Source: a virus (Duplodnaviria; Caudoviricetes). Taken from it: a stretch of 39,894 bases of DNA. The DNA is taken from the IMG/VR virus record IMGVR_UViG_3300020045_002897, positions 1 to 39,894 of that record; one strand, 5' to 3'. Position numbers and translations under genes: made by a program. Below the pieces are notes generated by a model that saw nothing but the letters and a program-made list of their open reading frames with translations, was not told the DNA's origin and ran no database searches. Each line of letters opens with the position of its first letter. Positions within the stretch are counted from its first letter, which is position 1. This document shows positions 19,824 to 28,607 of this stretch, one piece after another.

Positions 19824-20236
19824 TGAGTATACAACAAGCTCTAATGGGCGGGACTTACGTTGATAAGATTGATCTTTTCGACGCTAATATAGTCGATCTG
19901 GTCGCAAACCCTCTCGATGCCCAAGCAGGGTATCAATTAACTTCAGGAGGCATAGTTAATGAAAATCTAGGAGTAGCTTTCAACCCAATCGGGACTTGGA
20001 TACAAGCCGCAGCCAATGCTAATCTTTATGAAGCCAGACTATCCGCGATTATAGGAACAACTCCAAGCGGTGACCTAACCGCTACGTGGTTGAACCTTGG
20101 AACGTCCCGTCTTTGGTTCATTACTCAAACCGTTGGAGGAACTGATAACTCTGAATTTTTAATTGAAATTCGGCAAGCTTCTACTGGTATTGTATTAGCC
20201 TCGGCAACTATAACTCTAACAGCAGAAGTCTTTTAA
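19823..20236 (+). CDS. Hypothetical tail-fibre-associated protein
   Basis: Translationally coupled to the fibre gene (TAATG); beta-rich, 137 aa. Confidence 0.65.
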   Translation: MSIQQALMGGTYVDKIDLFDANIVDLVANPLDAQAGYQLTSGGIVNENLGVAFNPIGTWIQAAANANLYEARLSAIIGTTPSGDLTATWLNLGTSRLWFITQTVGGTDNSEFLIEIRQASTGIVLASATITLTAEVF

Positions 20237-20238
20237 TC

Positions 20239-20514
20239 ATGAGCACAGACCAAACTTTAATAGAAGTGGCACTCGCAAGAATGGAAGGTAAATTGGACTT
20301 ACTCGCGCAGGGTATGGAGCATATTCGCGAGGACCGGCGTGGAGATATTGCGAAACAGGCTTTGTTGGAAGCTAGAGTTACAGAACTGGAGAAATCGAAA
20401 CATATGGAAGATGGAGAGCAGCGGGGGATTGAGAAGGTCGTGAAGATTGTCTATGCGACCTGTGCATTGGTAGGGTTCTCGGCACTTGCGGCTGCGGCGA
20501 AGTATATTTTGTAG
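20239..20514 (+). CDS. Coiled-coil protein with C-terminal TM helix (holin/antiholin-like)
   Basis: LARMEGKLD and RVTELEK heptads, hydrophobic C-terminus; directly upstream of the endolysin. Confidence 0.6.
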   Translation: MSTDQTLIEVALARMEGKLDLLAQGMEHIREDRRGDIAKQALLEARVTELEKSKHMEDGEQRGIEKVVKIVYATCALVGFSALAAAAKYIL

Positions 20515-20524
20515 GAGACTGAAG

Positions 20525-20908
20525 ATGAGTATTATTCTTGGAACTAGGTCGTTATCAAGGCTGGAAGGCGTGCATCCGGACTTGGTGAAGGTTGTGAAGC
20601 GCGCAGCTGCTTTGTCGGATATTGACTTCACGGTGTTAGAAGGTCTGCGGACGGTTTCGCGGCAGAAGCAGCTAGTAGCTGCGGGTGCGAGTAAGACAAT
20701 GAACTCTCGCCATATCACCGGCCACGCGGTTGATCTTGCAGTGTTGGTTGGTGGTAAAGTTCGTTGGGACTGGCCGCTGTATCATAAACTTGCTGTTCAT
20801 GTTAAACAAGCGGCGAAAGATCTTGACATTCCGGTCGAATGGGGTGGGGATTGGAAGTCATTTAAAGATGGTCCGCACTGGCAATTACCTTGGAAGGCTT
20901 ACAAATGA
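20525..20908 (+). CDS. Endolysin, M15-family (L-Ala-D-Glu type) Zn peptidase
   Basis: LEGVHPDL, EGLRT..RQ, SRHITGHAVD and WGGDW..FKDGPHWQL motifs; AGGAG RBS before ATG 20525. Confidence 0.9.
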   Translation: MSIILGTRSLSRLEGVHPDLVKVVKRAAALSDIDFTVLEGLRTVSRQKQLVAAGASKTMNSRHITGHAVDLAVLVGGKVRWDWPLYHKLAVHVKQAAKDLDIPVEWGGDWKSFKDGPHWQLPWKAYK

Positions 20909-21150
20909 AACTAGTAGATGAAGCATCGAGATGGTATAAACTCGGTTCCGTGCAGCTTGCGGCTCTGGCCGGAGTTGCAGCAGGGTATTTCGCAGCTAAT
21001 CCGAATGAGACGGAGAAGCTGCTGAACCTGCTACCAGAAGGTCCGTGGCGAGTCATTGCCTCGATTGGGATTGGCTTCGCCGTGTTCTCCGCAGCAGCGG
21101 GGAGTAGGCTGGTGACGAAGAGGAAAAAGGAGGCAGATGATGTTGAGTAA
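20905..21150 (+). CDS. Holin
   Basis: Two hydrophobic helices and a charged C-tail; MKLVDEASRWYKLGSVQL start; lies in the lysis cassette. Confidence 0.7.
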   Translation: MKLVDEASRWYKLGSVQLAALAGVAAGYFAANPNETEKLLNLLPEGPWRVIASIGIGFAVFSAAAGSRLVTKRKKEADDVE

Positions 21151-21484
21151 AATCATTGGGTTTGCGACGACCTTCAAATACTGGCTTATCGCACTGGTCG
21201 TTCTACTTCCAACAGCTTATATGAAAGGCTGTTCGGATGGGGAGGATCGGAAGGAAAGCGAATATAACAAGGTTTCCGCCGACATTCAGAAAGGGGCTAG
21301 AAAGGCCTCAGAAGAAACTCTGTCGGAAACCCAACTTCGTGATCAGGAATTTCAGAAACAGCAAGAGGAACTTCAAGATGGCATCCCGACTAAAAGTAGC
21401 GACGGTGTTGGCAGTAATACCACTAGCGTTCTTGAACGCATGCGGAGGCAGCAGCAGGGTGGAAGTAATAAAGCCCCCCGCTAG
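21137..21484 (+). CDS. i-spanin (Rz-like)
   Basis: N-terminal TM helix followed by a coiled coil; overlapped by a lipoprotein gene. Confidence 0.75.
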   Translation: MMLSKIIGFATTFKYWLIALVVLLPTAYMKGCSDGEDRKESEYNKVSADIQKGARKASEETLSETQLRDQEFQKQQEELQDGIPTKSSDGVGSNTTSVLERMRRQQQGGSNKAPR

Positions 21485-21629
21485 TTTGCTAACTTGTGCT
21501 GCCGAAACTCCTGTGCCGGAAGTGATTGACGATAATACCTTAGCACAGTTTATTATTGACTTACGCGGTGCAGGGCAGGATTGTAGGTCGAAGGTTACAG
21601 GGATTAAAGAATTTTTCGACAGGCAGTAA
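21378..21629 (+). CDS. o-spanin lipoprotein (Rz1-like)
   Basis: ATG 21378 with AGAGGA RBS. Signal MASRLKVATVLAVIPLAFLNAC with lipobox LNAC; PPASLLTC...GQDCRSK; +1 frame overlap with the i-spanin. Confidence 0.85.
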   Translation: MASRLKVATVLAVIPLAFLNACGGSSRVEVIKPPASLLTCAAETPVPEVIDDNTLAQFIIDLRGAGQDCRSKVTGIKEFFDRQ

Positions 21630-21630
21630 T

Positions 21631-21669
21631 TTGAAACGTCTAGGGGTTACTCATATATAACCCCTAGAC
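21631..21669 (+). promoter_or_regulatory. Sigma70-like promoter overlapped by operator copy 2
   Basis: TTGAAA (21631-36), 17 nt, TATATA (21654-59). Perfect 12-bp inverted repeat GTCTAGGGGTTA-N8-TAACCCCTAGAC at 21638-21669. Confidence 0.75.
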
Positions 21670-21696
21670 TGTTAATAGATAGAAAGGATTAAGACA

Positions 21697-21969
21697 ATGA
21701 CTACACTTACACATGAAGCTTATGAGTCCCTAGTCTGTGCGGCTAATTTTGTAGGCTTCGCCTGCACCGGCTCTTGTGTGGTTGGAGGTTTTATGGCAGT
21801 CACATCTGGAACTTTAGCACTAGCGGATGGGGAGACGTTTATTCCCCTTATAGACGCGTTTCCAATCGTTGCAGGAACTTTTTACAGACTACCGTTCAGC
21901 CGACCAAAAGGATTTACCGTAAACCTTACGGGGGGTGGCAGTGGAACGGTTTTCTTTAATCGTGTTTAG
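21697..21969 (+). CDS. Small beta-rich hypothetical protein with its own promoter
   Basis: AAAGGA RBS, 90 aa; convergent with the replication operon. Confidence 0.75.
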   Translation: MTTLTHEAYESLVCAANFVGFACTGSCVVGGFMAVTSGTLALADGETFIPLIDAFPIVAGTFYRLPFSRPKGFTVNLTGGGSGTVFFNRV

Positions 21970-23195
21970 GGGGCTTTGCCATCCGGCTCTAATCCATCAG
22001 GGGTGTTCGGTCCCGGATTAAGCATCATTACCGAACCTTCCTGTTTCAGGACAAGATAACCGGCCCGAATAGCGCCGGTTATCACTGCTTCGAAGTCAGA
22101 GATTTTGGGGAAGTAAGTATGGACGAAACGGTAGGCTTCGGTCCAAGGGCAACCACCCCGTTTGTGGACATACCAGATCAAGCGTTCGATGTAGAGGGAA
22201 TCTTCGGACTTGCCGATCTTGGAGAACACGAATTGCATATCAGGTTCAAGGTCTGTGACCATGGTATTGGCTAGGGCGAGGTGTTCGGGGGTTATGATGA
22301 GGCGGTCGGACTCGGCTGCGGCCAGTATCATGGCTAGCTTGTGGATATGGGTCTGTTTACGGGCGAGATAACCACCGAAACGGTCGTCGTCGAGGCCGAC
22401 GTGTTTGGATGAATAGTGTGCGGCATACCAAGCTTCACCCCAAGCTAGGGCGGAGGAGGTCATTTTGTATTCGCCAGCCAACAGTGATATTTGAGTCAAG
22501 TCTTCGATTAGTTTTTGCGCCGTGTCGGCTAGGTCCCTTGGCACGTGCTGGCCCGGATAAGCTACGTATTTGGCCTTCCTATCCGCGTAGACGAAAACAC
22601 AGCGGGAGGTAAACCCGCCGCCAATCATGTATTCAGGGAAGTTGCCCGCAATCCACGCGGGAGTGGTGCAAGCGATTAGATTAATCCACGGGTTCTCGAC
22701 AATGTCTGTGCCGGAGCCTTTTGTCCGCTTTTCAAACGCGCCGGGCTTGCCGTCCCATAGTGCCACGAGGAGATCGACCATTTCCTTGTCTTGAGGGTTG
22801 AGTAGGTTCCCGAACTCGGAAGACTCAATCGTCATGGCAGACATGGCGTGGTATTGGCCCTCGTATTCGAAAGTCATTGTGGAGTCCGCAAAGCCGGTTA
22901 CGAGTGCTTGCCAAGTCACGACGTCAGGGCCGAAGCGAATGTCGGGAACCTTTTTAAGCAGGGACATACCGATGCCAGCTGTGGTAGACTTGGACACAAT
23001 GCCCGGCGGAGCTACTAGAATGATGTAGAAGTTCGGATGCCATTTGAAGTAGGCCATGTCCAGCCAGACCTTACGACGAAGTGCCCCTGCGATAGATGAT
23101 ACCGCAGTCCAGAAGTGCATATGTTTTGGTGCTTCCGAATACTCGGCGTAGTCTAAGTAAGCCTGTATCCAGTTTTCAAAATGTCGTTTAGCCAC
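21966..23195 (-). CDS. DUF3987-type AAA+ (MCM-like) replicative helicase candidate
   Basis: SEAP...HFW, Walker A-like VAPPGIVSKST, Walker B-like TIESSEF, GGGFTSR arginine finger, C-terminal winged-helix-like segment. GTG 23195 overlaps the polymerase stop. Confidence 0.75.
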   Translation of the reverse strand: MAKRHFENWIQAYLDYAEYSEAPKHMHFWTAVSSIAGALRRKVWLDMAYFKWHPNFYIILVAPPGIVSKSTTAGIGMSLLKKVPDIRFGPDVVTWQALVTGFADSTMTFEYEGQYHAMSAMTIESSEFGNLLNPQDKEMVDLLVALWDGKPGAFEKRTKGSGTDIVENPWINLIACTTPAWIAGNFPEYMIGGGFTSRCVFVYADRKAKYVAYPGQHVPRDLADTAQKLIEDLTQISLLAGEYKMTSSALAWGEAWYAAHYSSKHVGLDDDRFGGYLARKQTHIHKLAMILAAAESDRLIITPEHLALANTMVTDLEPDMQFVFSKIGKSEDSLYIERLIWYVHKRGGCPWTEAYRFVHTYFPKISDFEAVITGAIRAGYLVLKQEGSVMMLNPGPNTPDGLEPDGKAP

Positions 23196-25551
23196 AAGCC
23201 CCCCACGATACTGTCGATGTTTTAAGTCCAACCGGAATGGTTAGCGGCTCTGGATAAGGTAGTTCGACAGCGCAGTGAGAAAGTATTCGGTCTCGATAAA
23301 CTTCACCTCGGTCGATAGGGTATTGCCCCGCGAGGCTATCGTGAACCTGAAGTAAGACTTGGACATCGGACTCGTTTCGATGGATATTTCTGTAGCCTCG
23401 ATTGATGAGACATGCAACAGTTGATTGAGGTATCCAAGCAACGGCCTGATTATAGATTGTTCCCTCAATACGATCAAAGAAATAGTATCGGTAGCCGAAG
23501 ACATTTTGGACATACCTTCGAGTATTGACAGCAGATATGATGCCGTCTTGCCAGTCGCGAATTTGGGGGAACTTCCCATAATACCACCTCTGGATACGTT
23601 CGACCTCGTGCGTAACGAGTCCAATTCGCCCAGATAGTCCGCTCGGAGTTCCGAGATAGTTTGTTCCATGGCAGAGGGCTTTGAACAGCTTATAGGAGGG
23701 GTGATACTTGTCAATCGTTGGGTCACGATAATATTCCTTTGCGACTTCTACATAGGGCTTGAGACCTTCGGCAAACATGGCCTTCATCTCGGTGCAGTCG
23801 GACTCCCACACTACTATTCTCAAATCGGCGGAGTCAAGGTCGATATCGAAGAACTCCATGGACTCATCGGCTAGGAAGAGCTCGCGGATATTGGGTAGGT
23901 CGGAGTCACCGGAAGGGACATTTTGCAGGTTCATTCCGGAGCCGAAGGCGTTTTCGGATGATGAGAAACGATAAGTGTCCGTGCCAGCAATATTGAAGCT
24001 ACAGCGCATTCTGTCATCAATATCGACCGGGGCTTCAAGAAAAGTCGATCGGAAGACATTGAGAGATCGGAGGTCGGAAATACGCTTCGTGATTGGGAGT
24101 AGAAGAGGTTCACGCGTTCCCAGCTTTGTGAGTGCTTGATCATCTGTTGTTATCCCTCCCCCTCGTTTTTTGATAGGTGTCTGGTTAAGCTGCCGGTAGA
24201 ATAAATCCTGCATCTGTTTGGGCGAGCGGATATTGATAGGGTAGCCGATAAGGAATTCGAGTTCCTCATTCCGTTCAGCAATCGCAGCTGCGAGCTTATC
24301 CGAAAGGGCCGATTTGGAAGAGTTATCAACACGGAGACCTCGTATCATGGTGGCAAGGACAGGGTAGAATAGAGATTGTTGGAAGTCGTGGACCTCGCGG
24401 AGTTCCGGCCAAGTGGGCAGCATCTTTTCCAATGCGGCTTGTTGGGAGGTATCGACCTCGTAGGTGACGCAACAGTCCTTGCAGTTGTAGACCCAGAGTT
24501 GGTCTTCGCCGAGCTTCGGGTCCCAGTTCTTCGACTCGTCCTTCCAGTAGATATGATGCTCGCAATGGATGGATGCGAGGAAGTCTAGGCCCTTGGGCTG
24601 GTTGGAGAACATAGAATGTTGCGCGATCATGGTGTCGCGCTTTAGGCGAGGGATGAAGTGGAAATGGCGGTAGAAGTATTGAGCGTCGTAGATGAAGTTC
24701 TGCCCGATGATCTCGGCGTTGGGGTGGGTTAGGAGGCGATATAGCAGGTGCATGATGAAGGCTTCTTCATCTTCCAGCCAGTAGTGGAGCTTGGACTCGA
24801 CGACTAGGTGAGGTATGCAGATGGCGTCGAGGTTGGACCATGCGATGCCGGTGCAAGCGGTGTGTCCGCCACGGGTTTCGATGTCTACGGATAGCTTGGT
24901 TGGACCGGCGGAAACCTTGGCCATGAGCATATTTAGGGTGGAGACAACGGCGGAGAAGCTAGGCCGGACAATGAAGTTGTATTCGGGCGGAGCTGGTAGG
25001 TTGTCGAGAGCGGAGATGGAAACGATCTTACGAAAATCATTAACGACGATGCTGCGTTCCTTGTAAACCATGCGAACATAGGATGGAGAGTAAGTCGCCA
25101 TGACTATGCACGAATGGCCGGAAGGGGTTGTGTAAGGTAGGATTGAGCTGCGCCATGACTTCATTCCCCATTTGCCGGTCAGGGCGTAGAGGACCTCGTT
25201 ATCGAATACCACGACGACCTTGGGCTTGACGAGATCGATGTCGGTGTTCAGGCGGATGAGGCCTTCGTGCATGGAAGGCAGAACCATCTTGGCTCCCATG
25301 GCTGTGTGTTCGTGGGTAATGTCGGCTTTCTTCTGCGCGACTTGTGTGGAGATGGAGTTTGATCTGACCTGCTCGCGGAGGAAGCTGGTCTGGAAACACT
25401 GGAATAGATTTCCGCCAGCCTCGGCAATTAACTTCCCTAATTCTCTCCCGTCTGAACCTTGAAATGGTTTACCGGCGCGAATGTCCTCCCAAGAAGGTGC
25501 GCCAGCAACTAGCATTATCCGAGCATTGCTCGGTCCGAATGGTTGGATCAC
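23188..25551 (-). CDS. polA: Family A DNA polymerase with N-terminal UDG-like domain and 3'-5' exonuclease
   Basis: ExoI VDIET, ExoII NFIYD, ExoIII YNCKD. GTDTYRFSS, NLQNVP, motif A DLDSADLR, motif B KALCHGTNY, motif C LLQVHDS. N-terminus GPSNARIMLV..AP...GKPF.G..G resembles family 4 UDG. Confidence 0.95.
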   Translation of the reverse strand: MIQPFGPSNARIMLVAGAPSWEDIRAGKPFQGSDGRELGKLIAEAGGNLFQCFQTSFLREQVRSNSISTQVAQKKADITHEHTAMGAKMVLPSMHEGLIRLNTDIDLVKPKVVVVFDNEVLYALTGKWGMKSWRSSILPYTTPSGHSCIVMATYSPSYVRMVYKERSIVVNDFRKIVSISALDNLPAPPEYNFIVRPSFSAVVSTLNMLMAKVSAGPTKLSVDIETRGGHTACTGIAWSNLDAICIPHLVVESKLHYWLEDEEAFIMHLLYRLLTHPNAEIIGQNFIYDAQYFYRHFHFIPRLKRDTMIAQHSMFSNQPKGLDFLASIHCEHHIYWKDESKNWDPKLGEDQLWVYNCKDCCVTYEVDTSQQAALEKMLPTWPELREVHDFQQSLFYPVLATMIRGLRVDNSSKSALSDKLAAAIAERNEELEFLIGYPINIRSPKQMQDLFYRQLNQTPIKKRGGGITTDDQALTKLGTREPLLLPITKRISDLRSLNVFRSTFLEAPVDIDDRMRCSFNIAGTDTYRFSSSENAFGSGMNLQNVPSGDSDLPNIRELFLADESMEFFDIDLDSADLRIVVWESDCTEMKAMFAEGLKPYVEVAKEYYRDPTIDKYHPSYKLFKALCHGTNYLGTPSGLSGRIGLVTHEVERIQRWYYGKFPQIRDWQDGIISAVNTRRYVQNVFGYRYYFFDRIEGTIYNQAVAWIPQSTVACLINRGYRNIHRNESDVQVLLQVHDSLAGQYPIDRGEVYRDRILSHCAVELPYPEPLTIPVGLKTSTVSWGACG

Positions 25552-25794
25552 TTAACGCTCCCAATGTGATTTGATACTTGCCCAAACTGTCCGACCGTTG
25601 AAAAGTCGGCGCAGGATGTAACTACGGGCTACTGAAACAAGAGTAAAGATAGCTGTGATGAGCAGGTTCTGACTCCAAGTCATTGGGATGCTCATTGCTT
25701 TAGCTACAATGACCCAAGTAATAAGGGAAATTATAAAACCTATAGCTGTGTTGGTTACAGCCTCCATGAAGGAGTCGATGCGGGACTGGCTCAT
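25552..25794 (-). CDS. Small membrane protein
   Basis: MSQSRIDSFMEAVTNTAIGF...SVARSYILRRLFN, two TM helices. Confidence 0.8.
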   Translation of the reverse strand: MSQSRIDSFMEAVTNTAIGFIISLITWVIVAKAMSIPMTWSQNLLITAIFTLVSVARSYILRRLFNGRTVWASIKSHWER

Positions 25795-27143
25795 ATCGAT
25801 AGCAGTTCAGGAGCTTCGTCCAGTGCGTTCAGTCGCTGGACGGAGATGCCGTAGTATTCAGCTGATTGCTCCAGACCGACAGCTTTGCATTTAAGCTGAT
25901 GCGCGGCAGGGAATATCGTTCCTGTTCCCGCAAAAGCATCCAATACCACGTCTCCGGGCTTGACCGATCGTTTGAGAAGATCGACGTATAACTCGACTGG
26001 CTTCTGCGCACCGTGAGTGAGATTTTCTTCCAAGACTGTGGATATGACGTCAGAGTAAACTCCAGTAACAGGCTTCCTGCCTTTAATGGCATATATGCAC
26101 ATCTCCCATTGACGCTTGGGTCCGTGCTCAGGAAGTGGTATGCGGCCGGAGCGTGGCTTGTAGTTGATAAGAGGTGTCCGAAAGACATACCAGTCAGCCT
26201 TTTGTAATAGATGTTTCAGTTCGTGGAAGTTGTCGATATCGCAGAACATATAGAGATGGGCTTGGGGTTTGGATACTTTGTAGAGCAGTGGGCAGAGATC
26301 GATCATCAAGGCTTGCCAAGTCGTCTTACTATCATCGTAATGGTGCTCTGCATTTCCCATTGTCCCCGCTCCATCCCCAAAAGACTCTGCGCCCATACCA
26401 TAAGGAGGGTCTGTGCAAATAACATCGAAAGTATTATTGGGACAGTTGCGGAGCCACTGAATACAATCTGTATGGTGAAGCTGATGGATAGAAGAGTTAA
26501 AATTCCTTCCGACTCGATCTGCAAGTTCTGCATTTTTCCTTTGCGCCTCCTGTTTGACGAGTATTTTCATCGCGTCCTTGGCGGTCTTGGCCTTGGCAAT
26601 CGCGGGGTTGTCGAGATGGTCGGCAAGGATAACGTCAGACCGAACCTTCGCGTGGAACGAGCCTAGGTCGGCGGATGATTTGGCTTCGATGTTGCCTTGG
26701 AGTTCGTTCGCCGTGTCGCGGATTGTTTGGGTTCTGCCGATGGCCTCGGCTTGCTTAATGCGCAGGGCGTGTAGTCGCGCAACTGCTTCCGACCTCTCCT
26801 GCCAAGTCAGGTCGCGGCGCTTGAGGTTCTCGTCTAGTTCGGCTTCTTCCGCTTCGAGTTCGCCTAGTTCTCCTAAGGTGACGTAGGGAACCTCATAGGG
26901 TGGATAGGCGGTTCCGTTGTGGCGTATTCCGTCGCCCATGGCCCATAGGTCCGCCATGGCTCGCAATCGGCGTTCACCGGCCACCAAAACCAGCCCTAGG
27001 GTGGTTTCACGCATGACAGGGGCGTGTAATAGACCTATAGCGGCTATACTGTTCGATAGGTCAACCAGCGACTCGGCTTCAAACTCTTGCCGCTGCCGAT
27101 TTTCCGAGATTATGATGTTGTCGATGTTGGTGGAGTGAGTCAT
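25791..27143 (-). CDS. ParB/Srx-domain plus beta-class amino (N6A/N4C) DNA methyltransferase fusion
   Basis: N-terminal RQR...SIAAIGLLHAP...LVAGERRLRA...ENLKRRDL. C-terminal motif IV TDPPY precedes motif I VLDAFAGTGT; HGAQKPVEL. Confidence 0.9.
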   Translation of the reverse strand: MTHSTNIDNIIISENRQRQEFEAESLVDLSNSIAAIGLLHAPVMRETTLGLVLVAGERRLRAMADLWAMGDGIRHNGTAYPPYEVPYVTLGELGELEAEEAELDENLKRRDLTWQERSEAVARLHALRIKQAEAIGRTQTIRDTANELQGNIEAKSSADLGSFHAKVRSDVILADHLDNPAIAKAKTAKDAMKILVKQEAQRKNAELADRVGRNFNSSIHQLHHTDCIQWLRNCPNNTFDVICTDPPYGMGAESFGDGAGTMGNAEHHYDDSKTTWQALMIDLCPLLYKVSKPQAHLYMFCDIDNFHELKHLLQKADWYVFRTPLINYKPRSGRIPLPEHGPKRQWEMCIYAIKGRKPVTGVYSDVISTVLEENLTHGAQKPVELYVDLLKRSVKPGDVVLDAFAGTGTIFPAAHQLKCKAVGLEQSAEYYGISVQRLNALDEAPELLSI

Positions 27144-27155
27144 TGGTGTCCTTAC

Positions 27156-27192
27156 AAAAATGTGGCGGGGAGGTGTAGGGGCCTCCCCGCCA
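27156..27192 (-). terminator. Intrinsic terminator after the SSB gene
   Basis: 11-bp stem TGGCGGGGAGG / CCTCCCCGCCA followed on the - strand by CATTTTT. Confidence 0.75.
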
Positions 27193-27206
27193 GTTGGTCT
27201 TTGGCT

Positions 27207-27656
27207 TTAAGCCGGTTTGGCGATGGCTTTGATTTCTGCGAAGATATCATCGTTATACGTGCGATGAGAAACCTTCACAGTTGCCATACGACCTTGTATC
27301 ATGCCGAAAGCGAATGGCTCGCCCGGAGTGTTCATGTCGAGAGCCTCGCGGATACGGCCAAGACCGACGTTTTTGCCTTTGCCGAGATCGAGGTTGCTGT
27401 CTTCGGTCAGGTCCAGCATTTGTTGCTGCGAGACCTTTACCGAGTCACGGCCGATCAAGGATTTGACATCGTCGTTTTGGATATCCCAAAGGATTTCGAC
27501 TTTGAGGCCGGAAGAAGAACCGTCCTTGGACGACCATTCCTTGACCTCAACCTTGTCTGCGATTGCGAGATATTCTCCGACAGGGCAAGGGATGAGTTTC
27601 GTGTCGAGTGCTTCGTCGAATGTTTGGTTCAAGAATGCGGTTGGATCAAATGACAT
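27207..27656 (-). CDS. Single-stranded DNA-binding protein (DUF669-like)
   Basis: PCPVGEYLA...LGRIREAL...GRMATVKVSHRTY...FAEIK, OB-fold-like; directly downstream of the Sak4-like ATPase. Confidence 0.7.
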   Translation of the reverse strand: MSFDPTAFLNQTFDEALDTKLIPCPVGEYLAIADKVEVKEWSSKDGSSSGLKVEILWDIQNDDVKSLIGRDSVKVSQQQMLDLTEDSNLDLGKGKNVGLGRIREALDMNTPGEPFAFGMIQGRMATVKVSHRTYNDDIFAEIKAIAKPA

Positions 27657-27728
27657 ATAGTGTGTGTCTTTCTGTTACAGTTGAATGTGGGGACGGAGTT
27701 ATATAACCCATCGGCCCCCTGCGAGGGG

Positions 27729-28607
27729 TTATTCTGTTTTCGCAGCTTCCTGCGGTTGAGGTTGTCCATTACGCTGAACCCACTTCTCCACAATCAGGCG
27801 GAAATTAGGCTCGTTGTCTGATTTAATCGGTAGGTTGCGGGTCTTGACATCTGCCATCGGACTGGCTGTGTCCCAAGTCCATTTCTCCCCCGACCGTGCG
27901 GTTAAGATCGCGTCCGAAAACATACTCGGGAACTTCGGTGCCAGCGCTTTCCCAAGCGTCGAGACCATCAACTTCACTCCACCGAGAACAGCATCAACTT
28001 CACGCTCCACATGAGCGAGTAAGATAAAATGGCAACGGCAATTATCGCAGAGCATACGGACAATTTTGAGAACTTGGTCTTGGGCAATGCCCCAATCTGA
28101 TTGGTTGCGGACCGCCTTGCCTCCAATAACCAGCGACATGGCGCAATCAGAGATACCAGTAGCGCCATCGACAACAAGAAATCGACTAGCATCCCACTCG
28201 TTAACGGGTCCATACTTAGTTCCTGTTCTATCGTCAGGGAAGTTGTTCAGGGCTTCGAGGAGTTTGATGAATTGGTTGTGCTTGGATTTATTGGGGTCAG
28301 ACATCTTAGCCAATGCGTCGAGGTTGAGAGTGTTAATATTCTTGGCGTTAGCAATGAGCTGATCGAAACCAGCAGTAGGCGCTTCGAGTCTGTGCCAGTG
28401 AAGATTGGAGGGGATAGGTAGACCTCTATCTGTCCAGTATCCTGCAAGGGATTCAAACCCAGACTCCAGGGCAAGATAGAAAACCTCGACACCGAGGTCA
28501 ACCAATGTGCCGGTGGAGTGAGTCTTGCCGGTGCCCGATGGTCCCATTAGTAAGACATTGACTCCGGGAAGGGTGAAGGGTGGGGATAGCTTGATTGGAT
28601 TGGGCAT
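27729..28607 (-). CDS. AAA_24 / Sak4-like ATPase (recombinase)
   Basis: Walker A GPSGTGKT, Walker B LVVDG, SDWG, HFILLAH, GKALAPK and KTRN motifs. Confidence 0.85.
   Translation of the reverse strand: MPNPIKLSPPFTLPGVNVLLMGPSGTGKTHSTGTLVDLGVEVFYLALESGFESLAGYWTDRGLPIPSNLHWHRLEAPTAGFDQLIANAKNINTLNLDALAKMSDPNKSKHNQFIKLLEALNNFPDDRTGTKYGPVNEWDASRFLVVDGATGISDCAMSLVIGGKAVRNQSDWGIAQDQVLKIVRMLCDNCRCHFILLAHVEREVDAVLGGVKLMVSTLGKALAPKFPSMFSDAILTARSGEKWTWDTASPMADVKTRNLPIKSDNEPNFRLIVEKWVQRNGQPQPQEAAKTE

Noticed and set aside
21638-21669. Perfect hairpin read as the lysis-operon terminator
   Set aside because: No U-tract, overlaps a -35/-10 pair, and matches three other sequence-conserved copies. An operator is the better reading, though a dual role is not excluded.
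23196-23231. ORF-track start of the helicase at 23231
   Set aside because: Lies inside the polymerase gene; GTG at 23195 overlapping the polymerase stop is the more plausible coupled start.
25791-27143. Plasmid-prophage partition system
   Set aside because: The ParB-like domain is fused to a methyltransferase; no ParA, parS array or replication initiator was seen.
27690-27731. GGAGTTATATAACCC and CCCCTGCGAGGGGTTA as a fifth operator or T7 Tphi-like terminator
   Set aside because: Spacer is 2 nt rather than 8 and the arms are incomplete. Resemblance to Tphi is limited to TAACCCCT, and no phage RNA polymerase is present.
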